Positions 45,286 through 55,213 are shown, counted from the first letter of the stretch. The stretch is DNA of 64,000 nt from an archaeon (GCA_021107855.1 JAIORZ010000011.1:7686-71685); one strand, 5' to 3'. Made by a program: numbers and translations. Notes: a model not told the origin generated them from the letters alone.

Positions 45286-46635
45286 TTAAACTTTTACAAT
45301 TTCAACTTCCAGTTCTCTTTTCAGAGTTTCAATAAATGAAGATTCTTTTTCTTTTTCAACTAGGCAACCGGCTGCGAAGTGATGACCTCCGACTTCGGCA
45401 ATTGTTTGTGGATTTTCTCCTTTGAATGTTGTGACGGTTTTTTCTAAGACTTCTTTTAGGTTTCGTCCTTCGTGTCCGACGATTCTTGCCGAGACTTTGA
45501 TTTTGTCTTTGTTATATGCCATTCCGATTAGGATTGTTCCTTGTTCGTATGTTGGGGAGCTCGAGAGCATTGAGCAGATTGTTCCGACGATTGCATCTTT
45601 GATTTGGTCCTTGGCGTTTAGGATGACGAAACCTTTGCCTTTGATTTTGTCCATTTTTTCTGCGACTTTTAGTCCGGAGACGAGTTCTTGTTTGTATTTT
45701 GTGTAGATGTCTAGAGCTTGGGTTTTTGCTTTTTCATTTTCGAGGCAGTATGATATTGCGATGTCTGAGTGTCCGAGTCGGGAGCATGCGTTGACTAGGG
45801 TCGAGATTTCTCGGACGTCTTCTTTTGTGTTGAAGAATTTTAGAATGTAGAGGTTGCCGAGGATGTCTTCGGCTTTTCCGTGTTGGGCGCGTCGGACCAT
45901 GACTGCGGTTATTAATTTTGACATTTCTTCGTCTGATAATTCTAAGAGTGTTTTGTTGTAGGGGATTCCTGTTTCGCGTAGGATTTCCATTGCTCCTGGT
46001 CCTGAGCCGGTGACTCCTGGGATGTATGGTGATGTTGACCATTCGAGTGCTCTTCTTAGCGGTCTTGTTGCCGGGTAGATTGCGATTCCTTTTTTTATTT
46101 TGAGATCTTGGGCGTCTGTGACTATTTGTTGGTTTATTTTGGAGAGGTTTGTTTCGTGTCGGTCGCCGATTAGTCCGATTATTGCTAGGGACGAGAGGTC
46201 TTGGTTTTCTGGGGAGATTGATTTTGCGAAAAGGTAGCAGAGTCCGGCTCCCGTTGCGGTGTTGTCTTCTGGGTTGGAAGTTAGGTGATGGTTGATGATT
46301 TTTATTTTGTCGTTTACTTTCGTTGAGTCGATTTCGTGGTGGTCTAGGATGAAGACTGGGTAATCGAGGTTTTTGAAATGGTCTAAACTTGAGGAACCTA
46401 GGTCTGAGATGAGGATGACTTCGTTTGGTTGGCGTTTTAGTTCTTCCCGGATTATGCTTTCTTCTAGTCCTTTGACAATTCGGATTGAGAATTTTTTGTC
46501 GAGGCGTTTGAAGGTTTTTGCGAGGATTGCAGCTGAGGTTATACCGTCGGTGTCGTAGTGTGAGATGATTCTTATTGGTTTGTCTTTTGAAAATTCTAAA
46601 AATTCCTTTGCGAAAGTATCAATCTCTTTTAGCAT
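45286..46635 (-). CDS. RecJ-like/GAN DHH phosphoesterase
   Basis: HYDTDG, SDLG, LDHH, GGHHFAAG; follows S15. Confidence 0.88.
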   Translation of the reverse strand: MLKEIDTFAKEFLEFSKDKPIRIISHYDTDGITSAAILAKTFKRLDKKFSIRIVKGLEESIIREELKRQPNEVILISDLGSSSLDHFKNLDYPVFILDHHEIDSTKVNDKIKIINHHLTSNPEDNTATGAGLCYLFAKSISPENQDLSSLAIIGLIGDRHETNLSKINQQIVTDAQDLKIKKGIAIYPATRPLRRALEWSTSPYIPGVTGSGPGAMEILRETGIPYNKTLLELSDEEMSKLITAVMVRRAQHGKAEDILGNLYILKFFNTKEDVREISTLVNACSRLGHSDIAISYCLENEKAKTQALDIYTKYKQELVSGLKVAEKMDKIKGKGFVILNAKDQIKDAIVGTICSMLSSSPTYEQGTILIGMAYNKDKIKVSARIVGHEGRNLKEVLEKTVTTFKGENPQTIAEVGGHHFAAGCLVEKEKESSFIETLKRELEVEIVKV

Positions 46636-46695
46636 AGATGTAGATAATTTAGATTTGCTTAAAAACATTTGTGTAGTATTGGGAGTAGTGACAGG

Positions 46696-47058
46696 TTATT
46701 TTTTCTTTTTTCGGTCTCGGATTGGAATGCCGAAGTATTTTTTGATGATGTTTAGTCGAGATTGTGCGTGTTGTAGTTTGTGTTTTGCGCTTCGGTCTGT
46801 GATGTTGTTTTTTAGGTGTTCTTTCATTCGGTCTACCTTTTTTTCTGCGTTTTCTAGGTCTTCATTTCTTTCGATTCCTAGTTCTTTTAGGTAGGCTTTT
46901 AGTTTTTTGCCGAATACTTTTGTTGTTGGAATGCCGTATTGGTCTCTTAGAACTAGTCCGATTTGCGAGGGTGCGTATGTTTCTGAGAGTTCTAGAATTA
47001 CTTTTTTTAGTTCGGGTTCTTTCATTTTTACCCATGTCGGTTTTTTCATTTCTGTCAT
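46696..47058 (-). CDS. rps15: 30S ribosomal protein S15 (uS15), shortened
   Basis: PSQIGLVLRDQYGIP, HL..N..D, SRL. Confidence 0.92.
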   Translation of the reverse strand: MTEMKKPTWVKMKEPELKKVILELSETYAPSQIGLVLRDQYGIPTTKVFGKKLKAYLKELGIERNEDLENAEKKVDRMKEHLKNNITDRSAKHKLQHAQSRLNIIKKYFGIPIRDRKKKK

Positions 47059-47115
47059 TGTAGTTCTTGTAAAATTGGCTTTTTAAGATTAACTGTGGAG
47101 GAATTAGTAGAAAGG

Positions 47116-47832
47116 TTAAAAGAATCTTTTGAACCAGTCGATTATTTTTCTGATGAATCCTGTGCTTATACATTCGCCTGATACGCAGACGTTGCTTTCG
47201 CATTCGAAGTTGTTTTCGCATTCGATTTCTTCTTCGAATTGTTTTGTTAGGTTGAAGTTGTTCGCGCAGAATGTTCCGTTTATTCGATGACCTAGAGGGT
47301 AGCATATTTCATTTGATAGGCATCCGTTGCAGGGAGTTGGTTCTGGGGTGGTTGAGTGGTTTTCTTCCTCTTCTTCCTCTTCTTCTACATCCTCCTCTTC
47401 CTCTGAAGGCACCTCTTCTTCTTCTAAAATCTCATCCTCTTCCTCTATAACCTCTTCCTCCTCTTCCCCTAGCCATGTTTTTACTTGGTTGCTGTATGTT
47501 CCGCATTGCCCTCCTAGGTATTCACATACTCTCACGTAGTATTCTCCCGCTCCATTGAAATCTGTTAGGGTGTCTTCGCTTTTATTGGGGTCTGAGTGAT
47601 AGTGGTATTTGTCTCCTTCTCGGGTTGGATATGTTGGGTTTTCGTTTTTAGACCAGGTGACCTTGAATCCTGAGGCTGAGGTTCCGTTTGTTTCCCATGA
47701 GATTTCACTTTCGTTTGCTTCCAGGGTTATTGATTCTACGTTTGATTCTGGCGGTTCTCCGCTTCCTGGTGCTATAATTGTTGGTAGGGATAGTAGGCAG
47801 AAGGTTAGGATTAGGAGTAGTGCTCTTTTCAT
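47116..47832 (-). CDS. secreted protein with FN3-like domain, Glu-rich linker and Cys-rich C-terminus
   Basis: Signal peptide, YYVRVCEY..YSN, poly-E tract, CENNFECESNVC. Confidence 0.8.
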   Translation of the reverse strand: MKRALLLILTFCLLSLPTIIAPGSGEPPESNVESITLEANESEISWETNGTSASGFKVTWSKNENPTYPTREGDKYHYHSDPNKSEDTLTDFNGAGEYYVRVCEYLGGQCGTYSNQVKTWLGEEEEEVIEEEDEILEEEEVPSEEEEDVEEEEEEEENHSTTPEPTPCNGCLSNEICYPLGHRINGTFCANNFNLTKQFEEEIECENNFECESNVCVSGECISTGFIRKIIDWFKRFF

Positions 47833-47900
47833 TTTTGTTTAATGTTGTTGCTGTTTAAAAGGTTTTTGTAGATTCTTCGGGATTTGGTTTCAAGTCTTAT

Positions 47901-48069
47901 AATAACTCCGCGAGGATTCGCCTTCGTGCCGCAAGGACACTCGGACACGAAAATCTAGCCCCGCTCTCATAATTCACTCTAAAATTTTTCTAATCGCTCC
48001 GCAGAGAAAAATTCGAGCAAATCATTCGGAATTCGACTTCGAATCGCAGAATAGCCCCGCGAGGATTCG
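47901..48069 (-). repeat. partial duplications of the tRNA-Gln 3' end
   Basis: 47901-47920 matches 48050-48069 at 18/20; TAGCCCCGC again at 47956-47964. Confidence 0.7.
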
Positions 48070-48124
48070 AACCTCGGTTGCTGGGATCAAAACCCAGAGT
48101 CCTTGACCACTAGACTACGGGACT
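48052..48124 (-). tRNA. tRNA-Gln(UUG)
   Basis: Cloverleaf: AGTCCCG/CGGGGCT acceptor, CTGGG-TTTTGAT-CCCAG anticodon arm, GTTCGAATC. Confidence 0.95.
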
Positions 48125-48246
48125 ATTGATTTTATGAGATTGAGTTGATTTTTAAGGTCTTCCATAGGAAGACCATGAAGTCAATCAAAGATTGGCTAAA
48201 GGTCTTCAATGGGAGAATCATAAATTTAAAAAGATTAGTTGAAGTA

Positions 48247-48507
48247 TTAGTATTTCTTAGAATTTTCGTATCTGTCGTAAAAGTAGGTGGCGAGTTTTCT
48301 TTGTGCTTCTAGTGTTATGGTGAATGGTCCGGTGAATTCTTTGTTTTTTCGCATGAGTCTTATTGTTTCTGTGATGGAGGCAGCTCCTTTTAGGTCATAG
48401 TGTCGCCCTATCTTTTCTCCGTTCCTTGTTAGTTCGAATATTCCTTCAATTTTGTCATCAGTACTTAGCTCCAGGGATTTTGCGTTTGTGATTTTTTTAC
48501 TTGGCAT
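48247..48507 (-). CDS. hypothetical protein
   Basis: 86-aa ORF with TTTTAA box upstream. Confidence 0.6.
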   Translation of the reverse strand: MPSKKITNAKSLELSTDDKIEGIFELTRNGEKIGRHYDLKGAASITETIRLMRKNKEFTGPFTITLEAQRKLATYFYDRYENSKKY

Positions 48508-48623
48508 TTTTAGAGGGAGGGAGTTTGGTTTAAAAGAATTTATGTGGTTTGGTTTGGATATTTGTGATTGGGTAAAAGGTGAGTAAATTTATAAGTAATA
48601 ATGCGTTGAGATAATGGTATAAG

Positions 48624-49427
48624 ATGGTGGATAAAATAGGGTTTGTTTTGGTGATTTTGGTTTTAATGGTTGGCGTTGGGTTTGCGTATGTTCAGCAGGT
48701 TCCGAGTCCTGGGCATGGGGGAGATATTGTTTTGATTTCAATAAATAATTCTGAAATGACCTTGCAGGGGGCGATAGATAGCGATTTGTTTTTGAATTTG
48801 CCTAGTCCAAGTTCGCCTTATATTCAGTCGGTTTCGAATCCGGGTCATTCCGCAAGTGAAGTTTGGATTTCTGTAAATGGGGTTGAGAATACGTTGCAGG
48901 ATGCGATATCGATAATGGAACTTTGTGGGAATTCTTCACATGTTTATAATAATATGAACTATGGTCATTCCGCAAGTGAAGTTTGGATTTCTGTAGATGG
49001 TTCTGAAATGACTTTGCAGGATGCGATTGATTCTGGGGAATTTTGTTGTGTTTCTCATGCTTCGTCTGCCTGTTATGATGATGATGTTTATTGGTATGAT
49101 TCTTGTGGCAACAGAGAAGAGAAGGGGGAAGAATGTGGGGCTCCGGGGTGTTCTGATGGGCAGTGTGGAATAAGAGAATGTAATTGGGCTCAGTGGATTG
49201 GTTGTCAATCAGTATCTGCAGCATATGTTAATTGGTTTGTGGGGGATTTTGATGATTGTGCAGATTGGTGTCGTGCGTATTCTTTGGGAACGGTGTGTTG
49301 TAGTTTTAGCACAGGGGCTCCAACTGGTTTTCAACAGTGTAGCGTTCATTATAGCTTGGCAACAAGAGCGTGGTACGGCACGAATAATGGATGGTGGCAG
49401 AATTATTGTATAATACCCGCGGGATAA
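48624..49427 (+). CDS. secreted protein with three GH-x-x-x-x-V-x-IS...TLQ.AI repeats and Cys-rich C-terminus
   Basis: Signal/TM segment; near-identical DNA repeat GGTCATTCCGCAAGTGAAGTTTGGATTTCTGTA at 48843 and 48963. Confidence 0.82.
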   Translation: MVDKIGFVLVILVLMVGVGFAYVQQVPSPGHGGDIVLISINNSEMTLQGAIDSDLFLNLPSPSSPYIQSVSNPGHSASEVWISVNGVENTLQDAISIMELCGNSSHVYNNMNYGHSASEVWISVDGSEMTLQDAIDSGEFCCVSHASSACYDDDVYWYDSCGNREEKGEECGAPGCSDGQCGIRECNWAQWIGCQSVSAAYVNWFVGDFDDCADWCRAYSLGTVCCSFSTGAPTGFQQCSVHYSLATRAWYGTNNGWWQNYCIIPAG

Positions 49428-49441
49428 ATATATTGTGTAAT

Positions 49442-50041
49442 TTAGTGTTTGTATCGGCCGCGTTTTTCTACTATCTTTAATCTGTCTACTATTTTTTTTG
49501 AGTCTTGCCATGTATACCCTTTTTTGAAGGCTTGGAAGAGTTTGTCGGCGTTTTGGAAGTGTTTTGCTTGGAGGGCTTGTTTGATTAAGTGAAGGTCGAC
49601 GGCTTTGTCTTCGATTTTTGTTGAGATGTAGGAGAGGCCAAAGTCGATTAGGAAGATTTTGGAGTTGGAGAGTATTGTGTTGGAGGTTGTGAGGTCGGAG
49701 TGGATGATGTTGTTGGCGTGGAGTTTTGCGACTTGGCGGCCGAGTTTTTGCATTGAGGAGAGTTGTTTTTTTTCTGGGTAGGAGTTTAGGGTTTGGGAGA
49801 GGCGGTCGCCTTTGATGTGTTGCATTTGGATGTCGTGTTTGGATGTTTGGATTATTTTTGGGACGTTTATTTTGTATTGGAGGGCTTTGGTTAGGATTTT
49901 GGATTCGGAGCGGGTTCGGCGGGTTCGGATTTGGGTGTCGAGTTGGGGGTGGCGGTAGGATTTTGGGGTTCTGTTTTTTAGGATGATGTTTTTTGTTAGG
50001 TAGATTTTTGCTTCGGCGCCTTGGTGGATTGGGGTTGTCAT
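49442..50041 (-). CDS. bud32: KEOPS kinase Bud32
   Basis: QGAEA, K.R.PKSYRHP.LD, HSDLTTSN, IDFGL, EDKAVDL, RGRY. Confidence 0.94.
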   Translation of the reverse strand: MTTPIHQGAEAKIYLTKNIILKNRTPKSYRHPQLDTQIRTRRTRSESKILTKALQYKINVPKIIQTSKHDIQMQHIKGDRLSQTLNSYPEKKQLSSMQKLGRQVAKLHANNIIHSDLTTSNTILSNSKIFLIDFGLSYISTKIEDKAVDLHLIKQALQAKHFQNADKLFQAFKKGYTWQDSKKIVDRLKIVEKRGRYKH

Positions 50042-50643
50042 CTGAGGTCTTTTGCTATTTCTTTTATTAAATTTCGTCCTTTGGGTAAATTATTGTCTAT
50101 CAAGTTTTTTAGCTCACTTTTTAGCTTTTTGTTTTTTATATTATTCGCGTAATGAAGGGCGAGTCCAATTATTTTCATATGGTTTGATAGGAATTCAATG
50201 GTTTTTCTTTTTACTTCTTTGCTTTTGACTGCATATTGTAATCTTCCTTTGGAAGAAAATTTTTCCGAATTTTTGTTGTCTTCTAGTTCATCCAACGCCT
50301 TCATTATTTCATCACTTTTGAATTTTGGCGTAATTTTTTCTCCAAATTTTTCCGATATTTGTTTTACCATTGTGTCATCTATAACAGCTTGTATTGATGA
50401 ATAGGAATTCATTATTTCTTCTATCCCCATAGAAATTCTGTCTAAGAATTCGATTTTTTTCTTAAATATTAATTGTTTTTTCATATAATCAATTTTGTTT
50501 TTATGTTCTTTGTTTAGTCTTCCTAGGTTTCTTTTGTGATTCATCCAATCGGCCAAGAGTGCTCCAGTAGTTTGTACTAAAATTGCTCCAACAAAAAATA
50601 TTCCTGCAACAAGAAATCCTATTAAAAGTTCTGCCATTTTCAA
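50038..50643 (-). CDS. membrane-anchored hypothetical protein
   Basis: N-terminal TM helix; overlaps both SRP54 and bud32; AT-rich. Confidence 0.65.
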   Translation of the reverse strand: MKMAELLIGFLVAGIFFVGAILVQTTGALLADWMNHKRNLGRLNKEHKNKIDYMKKQLIFKKKIEFLDRISMGIEEIMNSYSSIQAVIDDTMVKQISEKFGEKITPKFKSDEIMKALDELEDNKNSEKFSSKGRLQYAVKSKEVKRKTIEFLSNHMKIIGLALHYANNIKNKKLKSELKNLIDNNLPKGRNLIKEIAKDLR

Positions 50644-52034
50644 AACTTCATCTTCCCTTTAAACTTCTTAGCCATTTTCTGCATCATCTTTTGGTCTATC
50701 TCCCCGTCAGCCATTCCGGATTGCATGCCCATCATTTCTTTGAGTAGTTTGTATTGCTTAAGGAGCTCGCGGATTTCTGTTGTTGTTGTTCCGGAGCCTT
50801 TTGCGATTCGTTGAATTCGGGTTGTTTGTTTTTCTAAAATTTCTGGGTTTTCGATTTCGTCTTCTGTCATTGAAGAGATTGCGGATTTCCAGTTTTTCAT
50901 TTTGGCTTCTTGTTTGTCTAGGGCGTCTTTTGGGACTTTTGCGGCGGACATTCCGGGAATCATTCCTACAAGTTTGTCCATTGAGCCCATTTTGTTCATT
51001 TGTTCGAGTTGGGAGTAGAGGTCTAGGAGGGTGAATTTCCCTTCTTTGAGTCGGTCTTCGATTCGTTGGGTTTGGGTTTCATCTGTTGCGGATTTGACGT
51101 GTTCTAGGAGAGCTTGGAGGTCGCCCATTCCGAGGAGTCTTTGGATGAAGGATTCTGGGTTGAAGGTTTCGATTTCGTGGATTTGTTCGCCGACACCGAT
51201 GAAAAATACTGGGGCTTTTGTTTCTGCGCATGCGGTTAGGGCTCCGCCGGCTTTTGAGGTTCCGTCCATTCTTGTGATTATTACGCCGTCGATTGAGAGG
51301 GCTTTTTGGAATTCGTCGGCTTGAGTTTTTGCGGCTTGACCTACGTCTGCTGGCATTACGAGGAGTCGGTGGGTTGGTTTTGTTGCTTTGTCTAGGGTTT
51401 TGATTTCTTTGATTAGCTCTTTATTTAGTCCGTCTCGTCCGGCGGTGTCGATTAGGATTAGGTCGTATTTTGTTAGGTCCTTTTTGTGTTGTTTGATGAC
51501 TTCGAGGGAGCGTTTTGTGTGGGTTAGTTTTTTGTTTTTCTTTGCGTCTTCTTTGGATTCGATGAATGCTGGGAGTTTTGCTTTGTCGGCCATTTGTTGG
51601 AGTTGTTCCATTGCGGCTGGACGTTGGGTGTCGAGTCCTAGGAGTGCGACTTTGCGACCTCGTTTTGCGTAGTATTTTCCTAGTTTTGCGATTGTTGTGG
51701 TTTTACCGGCTCCGTATAATCCGAGGAACATGATGCTTGCTTTTTTTGGGAGTTTGAGTTCTTTTTGGTCGCCGCCGAGGATTTGAAGGATTTCGTCATG
51801 GATTAGTTTTACAAGTTGTTCTTTTTTGTCGATGTTTTGGATTGATTCGTCGTAGGCTATTTTTTTGATTTTCTGGGTTAGGGCGAAGACTAGTTCGATG
51901 TTGACGTCTGCTTCGATTAGGGATTTTTGGATGTCTTTTATGATTGCATCTATGAGTTTCTTGTCTACGAATATCGCGTTTGATATTTTTTTGATTCCGG
52001 ATTTTAGGGTTGAACCTAGCTTTTCTAGTACCAT
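50640..52034 (-). CDS. srp54: signal recognition particle protein SRP54
   Basis: GLYGAGKTT, DTAGR, TRMD, Met-rich M domain (SSMT..E, RIAKGSG). Confidence 0.96.
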   Translation of the reverse strand: MVLEKLGSTLKSGIKKISNAIFVDKKLIDAIIKDIQKSLIEADVNIELVFALTQKIKKIAYDESIQNIDKKEQLVKLIHDEILQILGGDQKELKLPKKASIMFLGLYGAGKTTTIAKLGKYYAKRGRKVALLGLDTQRPAAMEQLQQMADKAKLPAFIESKEDAKKNKKLTHTKRSLEVIKQHKKDLTKYDLILIDTAGRDGLNKELIKEIKTLDKATKPTHRLLVMPADVGQAAKTQADEFQKALSIDGVIITRMDGTSKAGGALTACAETKAPVFFIGVGEQIHEIETFNPESFIQRLLGMGDLQALLEHVKSATDETQTQRIEDRLKEGKFTLLDLYSQLEQMNKMGSMDKLVGMIPGMSAAKVPKDALDKQEAKMKNWKSAISSMTEDEIENPEILEKQTTRIQRIAKGSGTTTTEIRELLKQYKLLKEMMGMQSGMADGEIDQKMMQKMAKKFKGKMKF

Positions 52035-52120
52035 GGAGATAGGGGGTTTTGGAGGTTTTTAGAGTTTATTATTGAGGTAATAGGAGTTTATTTAAAGCAT
52101 AAACCGTTAGTAATATTAAA

Positions 52121-52516
52121 ATGGTGAGTGTGAAAGTTGATTTAAAGAAGGGGGATTTTATTTGGGTCGGGTTGTTTGTAATTTTATTTGGAGTTAGTGT
52201 CGCTATTGCCTATGGGGGAGATACTCCTCCTGTAATGGGGCATAATTTGGGAGAACTGGATTTGCCTGCTTGTGCGAATGGTCAAATAATGGTGAAGAAT
52301 GATAGTGGGTGGGATTGTGAGAATGCAAGCGTGGGGGCTTCTGATATTTGTGTCTGGAGAAATTCTCCTACTGCCTGTGTGTCGGGTGCTACCAGAGAGG
52401 AAACTCAATGTTTGCCTGATGAATATGTAAGATCTGTTAGGACCCACCAGCAGTGCCATATTTCAGATAGTACTTATAAAACTAAGACAGATTTATATTG
52501 TTGTAAGTTTGATTAA
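52121..52516 (+). CDS. secreted/anchored protein, 'MGH..GEL' family with Cys-rich C-terminus
   Basis: Paralogue of 12520..12906; ends YCCKFD. Confidence 0.8.
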   Translation: MVSVKVDLKKGDFIWVGLFVILFGVSVAIAYGGDTPPVMGHNLGELDLPACANGQIMVKNDSGWDCENASVGASDICVWRNSPTACVSGATREETQCLPDEYVRSVRTHQQCHISDSTYKTKTDLYCCKFD

Positions 52517-52573
52517 AAATTGTTAAAATTTTGGGTTTAGGAATATTTAAATGGATTAGTTTGTTTTTTATTG

Positions 52574-53485
52574 ATGATGAAGCGATATTTTTTTTGGGCT
52601 TTCCTTTCGGTTTTTTTATTGGTGTTTATAGCTACTTTATTTTATTTTACTGGATTCTTGCAAAAGAATGGGATTGATTCGAGAGATGTTGAGTATTGGA
52701 ATTATTCTGATGGGGAGATTTCGGGGACTGGGGAGATTTATCTAGAAGGGAATAACGGGACTTGTTGGCTTTTAATTCATAGTTATGTTGCTACGCCTCT
52801 TGAGATGAGGGAGCTTGCTTTTGAGGTTCATGGAGAGTTTGGTGATAGCGTTAAGGTGATGAGGTTGGTTGGGCATGGCGGTGTTCCGAGTGATTTGGAG
52901 GATGTTTCTTTTGGTGATTTGTATGCTGATGTTGAGAAGGAGTTTGTTTTTTTGGAGGAGAGTTGTGAGGAGGTGAATGTTGTTGGTTCGAGTATGGGTG
53001 GGACGTTGGCTGTTTATTTGGCGGAGAATGAGGATTTGAAGAATTTGTATTTGGTGAATGCTTATTTGTCGATTGTGTATGAGTGGTATTATGTTTTTTA
53101 TCCTGGGTTTTATATTGAGTATTTGGGTCCTGGTTTGCATTATTCGAAGAAGGGGCAGATTGCTAGGATTAGTGACCCGTTGGGTAGGGCTGAGCATGTC
53201 GCTTATTTGAATATGCCTTATTATACTTTGAAGACGACTGAGGATATTTTGGCTGGGGTGAGGGATGATGCTGGGCTTGTGACGGAAAATGTTTTGGCTC
53301 AGCATTCGGTTAATGACCCTGTTGCTAATGTGGGGAGTGTGGAGGATTTTGTTGGAGCGGTTTCTTCTGAGAATAAGGAGATGGTTTTATTTGAGGATTC
53401 TCACCATGTTCTTTTGATGGATTATGATGCGGATTTTGTTATTGAGAATATTTTGGAATTTGAAGGGAAGTTTAGATTGGGGTAG
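52574..53485 (+). CDS. membrane-anchored alpha/beta hydrolase (carboxylesterase-like)
   Basis: GSSMGG nucleophile elbow, DPV aspartate, SHH histidine. Confidence 0.87.
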   Translation: MMKRYFFWAFLSVFLLVFIATLFYFTGFLQKNGIDSRDVEYWNYSDGEISGTGEIYLEGNNGTCWLLIHSYVATPLEMRELAFEVHGEFGDSVKVMRLVGHGGVPSDLEDVSFGDLYADVEKEFVFLEESCEEVNVVGSSMGGTLAVYLAENEDLKNLYLVNAYLSIVYEWYYVFYPGFYIEYLGPGLHYSKKGQIARISDPLGRAEHVAYLNMPYYTLKTTEDILAGVRDDAGLVTENVLAQHSVNDPVANVGSVEDFVGAVSSENKEMVLFEDSHHVLLMDYDADFVIENILEFEGKFRLG

Positions 53486-53533
53486 GGGCTTGGGTGTAAT
53501 AAAACATTTAAAGAAGGGTTTCTTTGGATTGAT

Positions 53534-54190
53534 ATGGATAGGATGGTTGCGACTGCTATTGTTGGAGAGAGAGGATTAAGGAGACATCTTGATGAAAAAG
53601 TTATTTTGAGGAAGAGGGGAGTTGAATATAGTGGTCCTTTGGGGGTTCATGGGGATAGGAAATTTTTTGTGGGAGTTGAGTCTATTTGGGAAGGTCCTGG
53701 CGAGGAGGATAGAAAGTGTGGGAATGATAACGCTAGGGTTTATATCAATGAGCCAGGGAAAGACATAATTCATCTTTTGGGGAAAAATTATCGTGTTGGT
53801 TCTGGTAAGAGAGTGGACCAGTTTAGGGATTTTATGTTTGTTAGTGAAAATCCGACTGAGTATAAGGCGAATAGAAGGCGACTTTCTAATTGGGCGCCTG
53901 TGATAACTGAGAGGGGGCTGGAGAAAAATTTGTTTAATTTTTGTGCGGTTAGAAAGCCCTCAAAATGTGGCGGATATTCTGAAGTTCAATCTGGGCTTAT
54001 TGTGGGAGATAAAGAGAGGGGATTTGGTATTATATGGATGGGGAATGGGAAGTCTGTAGGGATTGAGGAGTGGGATAGAATAATCTTGACTCAGAAAGCT
54101 CGTGGCGGCGGTCGATATTATAAGAACTATACTTATAGGGAAAGGTTGAATCCTGGGGAAGAGAAAAAAAAATCAGCTTTTGTTTATTAA
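53534..54190 (+). CDS. hypothetical protein
   Basis: 218-aa ORF with TTTAAA box upstream. Confidence 0.65.
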   Translation: MDRMVATAIVGERGLRRHLDEKVILRKRGVEYSGPLGVHGDRKFFVGVESIWEGPGEEDRKCGNDNARVYINEPGKDIIHLLGKNYRVGSGKRVDQFRDFMFVSENPTEYKANRRRLSNWAPVITERGLEKNLFNFCAVRKPSKCGGYSEVQSGLIVGDKERGFGIIWMGNGKSVGIEEWDRIILTQKARGGGRYYKNYTYRERLNPGEEKKKSAFVY

Positions 54191-54263
54191 AAAAAAGCCG
54201 AAAATTGTTTATAGAAAAGATTGTAGTCCCAATATTTATAAAAACATGTTACTTTAATGTCTT

Positions 54264-54548
54264 ATGAGAAAGAATTTGATTATTGGGATTATGGCCATTG
54301 TGAGTTTAGTTGTAATATTTGCAGTTTATTTTTCTTTTTCGGGAGAGGAATTGATATCTGAAAAAAGTTGTGATCGGGATGCGGATTGTGAATGTGGTGT
54401 TCATGTAGAAACGAGGGAGTGTTTTTATGGGAATAAAGATTATGTGGATAGTAATCCCGCTAAAGCTTGCCCTGATTTTTGTGCGGGGATAGATGGGAGT
54501 TTTGAGATTAGGTGTGTTGAAAATTTATGTAGGCAAGTTTCAGAATAA
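54264..54548 (+). CDS. small membrane-anchored eight-Cys protein
   Basis: TM helix followed by CxxxxDCxC...C...CPDFC...C....C. Confidence 0.75.
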   Translation: MRKNLIIGIMAIVSLVVIFAVYFSFSGEELISEKSCDRDADCECGVHVETRECFYGNKDYVDSNPAKACPDFCAGIDGSFEIRCVENLCRQVSE

Positions 54549-54577
54549 GGCTTTATAGTATAGTTCCAATTTCTTAA

Positions 54578-55213
54578 TTAGTTTTTTCTTACTAAAAGAA
54601 AGCCGAAAATTGCTGAGAAGATTATTAATGCTAATCCAATGGCATCAGAGATGTTCATTGAGAGGTTTGCTATTGTGTTCCCGGTAATATTTGGGGATAG
54701 AAAGATTAAGCTTGTTCCTGCTGCGGCGAATAGGAAGATTTTTTTTAGTAGGTTTGAAAATTTGCTTCTTTTGACTTTTTTTCTGGGGATTTCTCTTATT
54801 CTTTTTTCTCCTAGCTCAGGCATTTTAACTTGCACATAGAGTTTTTTTGCTAATTCCCCTAATTCTTTTCCATCCTCTCCTCCTATTTTTTTTGCTGTTC
54901 GAATAATTGCTGCAGCATACAATAGATTTTTATCGGCATCTCCTCCGTAGCAGTCCCATTTAACTTTGTATTTCTGATTCCGATTATCTCCCCTCTCCAT
55001 TTTTATTGCCTTATCTGTTAGCTTTATAGCACTCTTTAAGCTCGATGTTACTCTATCCATTTTTCCCCTATCAATCCAGCGGATATATTTTTTAGAATCT
55101 TTTTTTACTAATTTAAGAAAGTCATTATGTGATTTTATTGGGTGTGTACTTCCTTCAAAGAATTTCCTTTTCTTCCCTTTATTATATTCTGCACTAAAAT
55201 CAGTATATGACAT
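54578..55213 (-). CDS. hypothetical protein with C-terminal TM-ITGN-TM hairpin
   Basis: LSPNITGNTIA between two TM helices; start MSYTDF. Confidence 0.7.
   Translation of the reverse strand: MSYTDFSAEYNKGKKRKFFEGSTHPIKSHNDFLKLVKKDSKKYIRWIDRGKMDRVTSSLKSAIKLTDKAIKMERGDNRNQKYKVKWDCYGGDADKNLLYAAAIIRTAKKIGGEDGKELGELAKKLYVQVKMPELGEKRIREIPRKKVKRSKFSNLLKKIFLFAAAGTSLIFLSPNITGNTIANLSMNISDAIGLALIIFSAIFGFLLVRKN

Noticed and set aside
47361..47470. Local C/T-rich tract as foreign DNA or a microsatellite
   Set aside because: It encodes the poly-Glu linker of the minus-strand secreted protein
48843..49000. Direct repeats of about 35 nt as a possible CRISPR array
   Set aside because: Only two close copies, in frame inside a CDS and encoding a protein repeat; no cas genes
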